In this document: piece by piece, positions 52,022 through 59,728 of the stretch
Layout of the letters: each line of letters starts with the position of its first letter
How positions within the stretch are numbered: position 1 is the stretch's first letter
From: Octopus bimaculoides
Taxonomy: Eukaryota
DNA: 59,728 bases
Reading direction: 5' to 3'
Assembly (NCBI RefSeq): GCF_001194135.2
Contig: NC_068989.1
Span: 62,528,479 to 62,588,206, forward strand
Notes under the pieces: model-generated
Seen by the model: the letters and a program-made list of their open reading frames with translations, nothing else
The model's database searches: none
What the model was told of the DNA's origin: nothing
Made by a program: the position numbers and the translations under genes

Positions 52022-52903
52022 TTTTGTGGTCCACTTTGTTCGACTAACCATTGTATGGCGGTGACCCAGCATAACTTGGTACAAGAAAAAGAAAGTTATA
52101 TAGAAAAGCGTAAAGGCGAATACTGAATTCGCATATCTTTATTAAAGTGATGCATTTGTAGATATCAATGAAATTTTTTATATCCATTTCAGGTAATCTT
52201 ATAATTCTATTGGGGAATTCAAGTAAATAAAACAGTACTTAGGAGACACACAAGTAAATATGCATGCCGGCGCCTGAGTGATAGTTTTATTGATTATCAG
52301 GCTGGTTAATATTGTGTGCTTTGAAGAACGGATGTAATTTCATAGTAGATTTCGACTGAAATTATTTTTTATTGCAATGTGATTGAGAAATGGAATTATA
52401 AGCATTTTACGACTTAAGAATTCATTTTAATAAATTGGAAAGTAAATTATCGGCCGGATAAAGAATTTCCGCAACGTAAAGTAAAACAGCATAGTTATAC
52501 AATATGTAAATTGCATGAAGTTATTATAAGAAAATATTTTCCTACAAGTATTTATTTAAATATGTTTAATAATACAACATATGATAATCCTTAAAATTGA
52601 CAAGCATTCATGTTATTTCGATTGTAAATATTTAACTGATGCCCAACAGACGCCAGGTCGTGCTTTCATCGTTACTTAAAGCACGGTCTAACATTGAATG
52701 TGACCAACTAAATAAACATTTTTTTCAATTCATTTTAAGTTGAAAGATAAAAATTTATGCAGAGAATCATTCTTTTCATATGTAAAGTTCTATAGATTTT
52801 CATTTTAATAAAATAAAATAATTTCAATTATATTAAAGAAATAAAAGTGAATTATGTAGCAAATAATTTGAAAATCCTAAATTGGTTTCTTCACATACAT
52901 TAT

Positions 52904-52936
<33 letters not shown>

Positions 52937-52946
52937 NNNNNNNNNN

Positions 52947-52989
<43 letters not shown>

Positions 52990-54036
52990 CACATATATAT
53001 TTTGTCAGTCATGAAAATGCGTATTCTTAAACAAATATTCGACTAATGTAGCAGCTTATACACAGTAACACATATGCAAAGAGAGACGTTTGTATATAGT
53101 TTTAGCTTTGATTCGATACGGAATTAAACATTAATTTTCAGTTTCAGCTACAACAGTTGAATCATACTGATCCATATGTTTACTCAAATTGTATGAAAGC
53201 TCGGATCACCTGGAATGATTATCTTCATACAGGCTTGTGTTTGCCATTCTGCGTACTCACAAATATCTTTCATATTTGGATATCAATATTTCTCCGGAAA
53301 ATACGATAGATTGAATTAGCGAAAGGAATACCCATCAGCGAAGTTTATATAATTAGGTATGAATTTTCGTTCAGCCTCCTGTAACAGTACCACACTAATA
53401 GACGGCAACTAACGTTATTCGTCAATGGCAATGTATAGAAATGATTTCTTTTATGCATGATAAAGAAATTAAATTTCAAAAATTCCCGGATTTGTTGAAT
53501 GCTAAAAACATTTTCATATTTCAAAGTAGCTGAATGGTTGGTGCGATGGAGAAAAGAAGTTTTGGACATTAGTCATGTATTTTCACGTTCTGAGAAAATT
53601 TCTTCCCAGATGTCCTGGCGAAAAAAACTTATTGCGCCGTCAGACTGAAACTATATGAAAACGTATTTAGTATTTTTTCATAGGAACCAGGTTTTAGATA
53701 GTTTACTCCGCAAAGGGTGAAGTCTCCTGCGTTAATATTTTTGCTTCGTTTCCTTTTGTAACTTAAGTAACTTAAATGTTACTTAATAGATGAGAATCTA
53801 ATTGCGTTATCTACTATGTAGGAGTAGGTTATATATAGGTAATATATATCACAATCAAAACAAATCTTGGTCCAGTAGTTTAAATAACGTTTCTCCCTTG
53901 CTAAGAGAATGAACTTCACAGCACCAAAAATATATTTGTAATGAAGATTTGAAATGGTAATGGTATTGTGCATCGCACAATTTTACAGTTGTGCATCTGC
54001 TGTTTAAAACGATTAGGTGATTTATTTATTTTTTTG

Positions 54037-54187
54037 TTTACATTATTTACATTTGACGGATATTTGTCCTCACCTTGCTTCTTGTTAATACAACGTTTCG
54101 GCTGATATACCCTCCAGCCGTCATCATGTGTCTTGGGGAAATTTCGAACCTGAGTTCTCATTCCTAAGGTATTTTTCGATGTTGTTG

Positions 54188-54252
<65 letters not shown>

Positions 54253-54276
54253 CAGGTCACTGCCTGGAATCGAACA
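54037..54276 (-). mobile_element. Hammerhead-bearing repeat arm with (AAT)n and an upstream tRNA-type B-box
   Basis: Read on the minus strand: GTTCGATTCCaggcagtgacctga, then (TAA)n(CAA)n, then catcgaaaaataccttaggaatgagaac, then the hammerhead motif and body. The rest of the head lies in the N-gap. Confidence 0.8.
54087..54132 (-). ncRNA. Minimal type I hammerhead motif (C3->A variant)
   Basis: GACAC AUGAUGA C GGCUG gaggguauau CAGCC GAAAC GUU GUAUU. Confidence 0.55.
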
Positions 54277-55203
54277 NNNNNNNNNNNNNNNNNNNNNNNN
54301 NNNNNNNNNNNNNNNNNNNNNNNNNNNNNNNNNNNNNNNNNNNNNNNNNNNNNNNNNNNNNNNNNNNNNNNNNNNNNNNNNNNNNNNNNNNNNNNNNNNN
54401 NNNNNNNNNNNNNNNNNNNNNNNNNNNNNNNNNNNNNNNNNNNNNNNNNNNNNNNNNNNNNNNNNNNNNNNNNNNNNNNNNNNNNNNNNNNNNNNNNNNN
54501 NNNNNNNNNNNNNNNNNNNNNNNNNNNNNNNNNNNNNNNNNNNNNNNNNNNNNNNNNNNNNNNNNNNNNNNNNNNNNNNNNNNNNNNNNNNNNNNNNNNN
54601 NNNNNNNNNNNNNNNNNNNNNNNNNNNNNNNNNNNNNNNNNNNNNNNNNNNNNNNNNNNNNNNNNNNNNNNNNNNNNNNNNNNNNNNNNNNNNNNNNNNN
54701 NNNNNNNNNNNNNNNNNNNNNNNNNNNNNNNNNNNNNNNNNNNNNNNNNNNNNNNNNNNNNNNNNNNNNNNNNNNNNNNNNNNNNNNNNNNNNNNNNNNN
54801 NNNNNNNNNNNNNNNNNNNNNNNNNNNNNNNNNNNNNNNNNNNNNNNNNNNNNNNNNNNNNNNNNNNNNNNNNNNNNNNNNNNNNNNNNNNNNNNNNNNN
54901 NNNNNNNNNNNNNNNNNNNNNNNNNNNNNNNNNNNNNNNNNNNNNNNNNNNNNNNNNNNNNNNNNNNNNNNNNNNNNNNNNNNNNNNNNNNNNNNNNNNN
55001 NNNNNNNNNNNNNNNNNNNNNNNNNNNNNNNNNNNNNNNNNNNNNNNNNNNNNNNNNNNNNNNNNNNNNNNNNNNNNNNNNNNNNNNNNNNNNNNNNNNN
55101 NNNNNNNNNNNNNNNNNNNNNNNNNNNNNNNNNNNNNNNNNNNNNNNNNNNNNNNNNNNNNNNNNNNNNNNNNNNNNNNNNNNNNNNNNNNNNNNNNNNN
55201 NNN

Positions 55204-55545
55204 TCTCTAAAAGAAATGGAAAAACTTTCAAAATACAAAGACCTTGAAATAGAGGTAACTCGAATGTGGAATCTAAAAACAGAAACAATTCCTATCATAG
55301 TAGGTGCCTTAGGTATAATAAAAAAATATTTAGACAAATACATAACAAAAACAGCAGGACTTACACATATATATATAACATACAGAAAATTGCACTACTG
55401 GGCACTGCACACATCCTACGCAAAACACTTTCAATACAGTAACCATAAGAACACCACAGCAAACCACAGCACATACCCAAGGCGCACAGAGCTGCGCTCG
55501 GTAGTAAAGTGAAAGCACGTTATAAAAATAAAACTACTGAACAAT
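55204..55545 (+). mobile_element. R4/Dong-clade LINE 3' end (RLE endonuclease C-terminus plus 3' UTR), relatively young
   Basis: EMEKLSKYKDLEIEVTRMWNLKTETIPIIVGALGIIKKYLDKYITKTAGLTHIY, a frameshift in a TA run, then NIQKIALLGTAHILRKTLSIQ* (stop 55440-55442). The 3' UTR has a hairpin gcgca-cagagc-tgcgc at 55482-55497 and ends in (AAT)n. Confidence 0.9.
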
Positions 55546-55562
55546 AATAATAATAATAATAA

Positions 55563-55742
55563 CCACAACATCGAAAAATACCTTACTAATGAGAACCCAG
55601 GTTCGAAATTTCCCCAAGACAAATGATGAAGGCTGGAGGGTATATCAGCCGAAACGTTGTGTTAACAAGAAACAAGATGAGGACAAATATCCGTCAAATA
55701 TAAATTACGTACATAATTCCTTATCTCTTAAATATAGAACTG
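55563..55742 (+). mobile_element. Hammerhead-bearing repeat arm (plus strand)
   Basis: Aligns with 38975-39264, including the shared end ttcctt.tctcttaaatatagaactg. Confidence 0.85.
55618..55663 (+). ncRNA. Minimal type I hammerhead motif (C3->A variant)
   Basis: GACAA AUGAUGA A GGCUG gaggguauau CAGCC GAAAC GUU GUGUU. Confidence 0.55.
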
Positions 55743-57326
55743 CATTATTTTTTAGCTTTACGATCATAAGGTACACATGCTAGGTTGTACAATTAACAGA
55801 TAATCTAGACCGAGAGAAGCGATTCATGAGTAGACAACCTATTTCAGCTACTGCTAATTCCAAATTTTTAGAAATGCATTTATCTTTTAATGATAATCAA
55901 CTGCCTTCCCTTCCCTATTTAGTATTTTTCGTTACCCTCTCAGTATCAAAATCAGATACGCATTTTTTTTTTTACCCTCTTAGTATCAAAATTACATACG
56001 CTTTAAAATCTATATTTTCCCAATATATTTTGTCTGCACGTCACGACACGATAAACGGTTACTAATTGGGATATCACATTATTCTCACGAAAGAGCTGTC
56101 ATCTACAATATATAGGCTTGAATGCAGCCGAAATCTACGTTTGGCACACGATTCTATAATGTCTCCATAATGACAGTAAATTCCCCTGTTGCATATGAAC
56201 TTGGTCAAATTCGAACTAATATGTTGATATGGAAATGGAACTCGTATTTAACCAACGAAATAATCAGCATTTCCGCCTTCTCAGAACATATATGAGTAAC
56301 CTGTACTATTTGTAATATTACGTAGCGCTCTGACATCTGTCACTGCTGTGTAAATATCTCAGTTAATGACTTGTCAAGTGTTAGTAAAGTATAGGAAATA
56401 CTGATTTCTTATTGTTTGATAGACATTTGACTTAACGAAACCATAAAAATCGTGCTAAGCTAAAAGTCAGTACCAAAAGTGTACACATTCGTGTTTAATT
56501 TTTGACATGATACAAATGTTATTTAAACACAAACAATTATTTGTATTCCACGTAGTATATAGTTTTGTTGTTGGTGATCTTTTATCATTACGAGCTATAT
56601 GAGAAGCTACAAAGGAGAAAAACCAGGAAGAAGAAATGTTGAACGTGCTATTGATGCATCAACTTATCTTTATAACACTGTGACACCTACATTAACAAGC
56701 TTAATAACTTGCATTAGGTTGCTATGGCATTTACTCTCTAAACACCTTCGGTTTTTCTTTTGAGACAGCTTAAATTCCTAAACTTTGTCATTCTCAAGTC
56801 TGAAATTACAGTGAGTTGACTTTGAAAAGTTGCTGATGAAATTTACCAATAATAAAATGTGTTGGACGCTTCCTCCTATATAGGCATAGGAAATAGAAAC
56901 GAATTTTATTTCGATTAACATTGTGCTGTCTTCAATAGTTGTATCTAGTTAGCTTTTTACAGCCTTAAAAACCCATGCAATAAATAATTTAGTGACTGTT
57001 AAGTAGTAGCTTTTAATAATGTGTTAGTATTAATGGATTAATGACATAAGAGTTCGTGTCAACGTTAGTTCATTAAAAATTAACTAAAACAGTTAACAGT
57101 TGAGGGAATTACATTACAGAAACACTTATATAATTTTCATTTTTACTACAACTATCCCAGAATATGTTCTATGGATTTGAATGAGAATTTGGTAAACAAG
57201 TTGAAAGAGAAGTATGATTAATAAGAATGTATGATATTTAGCATTTGCTTAGTGTCTTCCACTTCAGTACTTTAGCAAGAGGAGAATAAATTCGTGGTTA
57301 AACACAATCAAGATGTATTGCATGAA

Positions 57327-57604
57327 GACGCGTGGCGTAGTTCTTAGGGGTATCCGGCTCATGATCGCAAGGTCGTAAGTTCAGTTCCCGGAGACGCATT
57401 GTGTCGTTGAGGAAGACATTTTATTTCAGCAGGCGAAAATGAGTAGTGCCTGTATTTCAAAGACCAGCCTCGTTTACACTGTGCCACGCGGAATCCCTCT
57501 GAAGTCTACGTGAAGGGTATATGCGTCTGTGGCGTGCTCAGCTGCATGAACGTGAATTTCTCCACGTAGGCTGTTCGTTGATCGGATCGACTGGACTACT
57601 TGTC
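57327..57604 (+). mobile_element. tRNA-derived SINE with CORE-like central domain
   Basis: A-box-like tggcgtagttcttagg, B-box-like gtaagttcagttcc, then gcattgtgtcgttgaggaagacatttta (CORE-type gtgtccttgagcaagacacttta) and a ~200-bp body. Confidence 0.75.
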
Positions 57605-58354
57605 AAACTCGACACAGTATCAGATGTATTGTAGTTTGGATAAACATTTCACTGATTTCAGGGAAGCGTGTTATGGCAATTTCAAGAATCTCTTCTGCAA
57701 TACAAGATCACAATTAAAATACGTGCAATATGAAGAAGAATGCAAAAGAGAAAATATATTATGTTCATCTTTGTACTCGTATACTTAGACGTGAGATACG
57801 TTTAAAGATAGAGATACTGTTTGTTTGCGATATATATCCATCATGATCATTTCATTCATATGTACATGCAACCATACACTATTGCAATCTGTTTAAAGTG
57901 GTATGAAATTCTAGTATGATAATTAAAATCTTATGATTAAAATATAAGCTACACAATAGAACTAATATCAAAGCCTTTATTGTGAATCTAGTAATAATTT
58001 TTAATGCTGTTGTACCTACTGACAACTGTATAAATATTTCTCTCCCAAACAATATTTTCTTATACATGCACAACATATCATTACCATTTAAGATATAGCA
58101 ACTAAAAGTTACTAATAGTAGATAAAATAAAAATTAGGTAAAATTATCAATGTTCACTAACACTGAAAGCTTAAGAGATATGAATATTGATACACGAAAT
58201 AACCAAACTTGACACGAAACATTCTTATCTTGAAGCTATGTTTAATATAACAGAGCTGCTAGTTTGCAAACTAATACGCTTGCCAAATGAATAGATTTTG
58301 AAATCTAAAGAGTATCATACGATAAATAAGAATTTATATAGACTGATTAAATGG

Positions 58355-58390
<36 letters not shown>

Positions 58391-58930
58391 ATGTAGTGAG
58401 CTAAAGAAGGCGATACATGTAAATGATGAATCATTTACCTGTTAGTGTTTACCTATCCTCTAAAAACAATATTTTATCTGAGGCATTGTAAATAAGTATG
58501 TGAATAAAAAACCATATACCCACTTAGCATATATTTTGATATATAACATTTCAGGGAGTTTATAGAGGGTAATAAACTCTTTCAGCAATATAACATAGGT
58601 TTCCAATATACTTAAGCATATGTCCATGGGACACAAACACCACACACACACATAGGCGCATACTAGGAAATTTGTATAAGTGAAATATTTAAACCATATA
58701 TAAAAAATAAATAGTGTTGCTAAACATAATGGTTAAGACTAGATAACACTCAGTGTTTAATGTAAGAAATCGGTAAAATTTACATTTAATATTCAGAGGG
58801 GAAAATATCTTGAAGCGTAAAATAAATGAATAAAGCTATACAAATAGATAACCATGCCAGATCTATTTCTATGCCAGTTTTTTAAGAATACGGTTTTCTA
58901 CACATTATAAATCTTTATTAAATAGTAGTA

Positions 58931-59150
58931 ATGGTTACAAATATTGATACAAAGGTAATAATTCGGGAAAGGGGGTTAAATCGATTGCATCGACACCAAT
59001 GATCAACTGGTACATATCTTATGGAAACGACACCGAAATGTTGAAAGGCAAAGTGGATATCGGTAAAATTTGAACTCAGAGAATAAAGACGGATGGAATG
59101 ATACTAAGCATTTTGCACGGCGTTCTAACGATTTCACCAGCGCGCAGCCT
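58931..59150 (-). mobile_element. tRNA-like SINE family A, copy 4
   Basis: atcgattgcatcgac, gaaaggcaaagtgga, aatttgaactcagag and cggcgttctaacgatt align with the other copies in reverse orientation. Confidence 0.85.
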
Positions 59151-59427
59151 TTTACAAACTCGTAATACTACTATGAGAATAGAGTGATAATCATTCTCTA
59201 ACGAACCTTAACTTAAATAAGAATATAGAAAGTAGGATTACATTTACTCGGCGGGCTGAATGAGAAGCACGTGTTTTGACCAAGATATTTACTGTCACAT
59301 TAAGTCGATTTAAAATATACATATATTTAACATTTCAAATAATTCAAACACTTAATGCAGTGCTTTATTAATTAATTCATCTATATCAGCAATATCTGAA
59401 AATAAATTTACTTTGCACTGCGTATGA

Positions 59428-59509
<82 letters not shown>

Positions 59510-59514
59510 TAGTA

Positions 59515-59728
59515 TATTGCCACTTAAGTGTGGCTGACCCCTAGGGGTGGATGTTACTGTTGCTTTTAGCCCCAGGAGGACATCTCCTCCAGCTGGCTTA
59601 TCGACACACGACTGTGTCCTGTTTGCCAAGGGAGTTATCCCTCTCACCTCGGCCAGCAGCACGAACGTATCCGGATTTCAGGGTTATTTCCCTTCGTCGG
59701 CGTTCGACAGTTGATGACCTTGGTGAGA
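59515..59728. repeat. GC-rich interspersed repeat fragment running off the window end (probable retroelement UTR)
   Basis: Abrupt GC-rich block after (TA)n with no credible ORF. The classification is inference only. Confidence 0.35.

Noticed and set aside
57327-57400. Functional tRNA gene
   Set aside because: The boxes are degenerate, there is no intact cloverleaf, and it continues into a SINE body.

Overview
This is AT-rich eukaryotic genomic DNA, dense in microsatellites and decayed transposons, with 13 N-gaps (about 4.2 kb in total). The repeat families and the (TA)n/(CA)n/(TAA)n load resemble a coleoid cephalopod (Octopus-like) short-read assembly; that assignment is my inference. I cannot support any intact host protein-coding gene, rRNA, tRNA gene or CRISPR array. 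Most ORF-track entries are translations of microsatellites or Ns, and the rest are transposon fossils, so the window is intergenic or lies inside a very large intron. Recognisable fossils: two mariner elements plus a mariner-type MITE, two Helitron helicase remnants, three R4/Dong-clade (RLE) LINE pieces, CR1/L2-like and L1/Tx1-like LINE pieces, two Penelope-like remnants and several tRNA-derived SINEs. The most interesting signal is a repeat present as two head-to-head inverted cassettes (38755-39264 and 54037-55742). Each arm carries a minimal type I hammerhead ribozyme motif (GACAC-CTGATGA-A-GGCTG..CAGCC-GAAAC-GTT-GTGTT) downstream of an (AAT)n tract. One arm has a tRNA-type B-box upstream, and another has an R4/Dong-type LINE end in its (AAT)n tract. 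Weaker signals include candidate recursive-splice or microexon sites (best at 43062, AG|GTAAGT).
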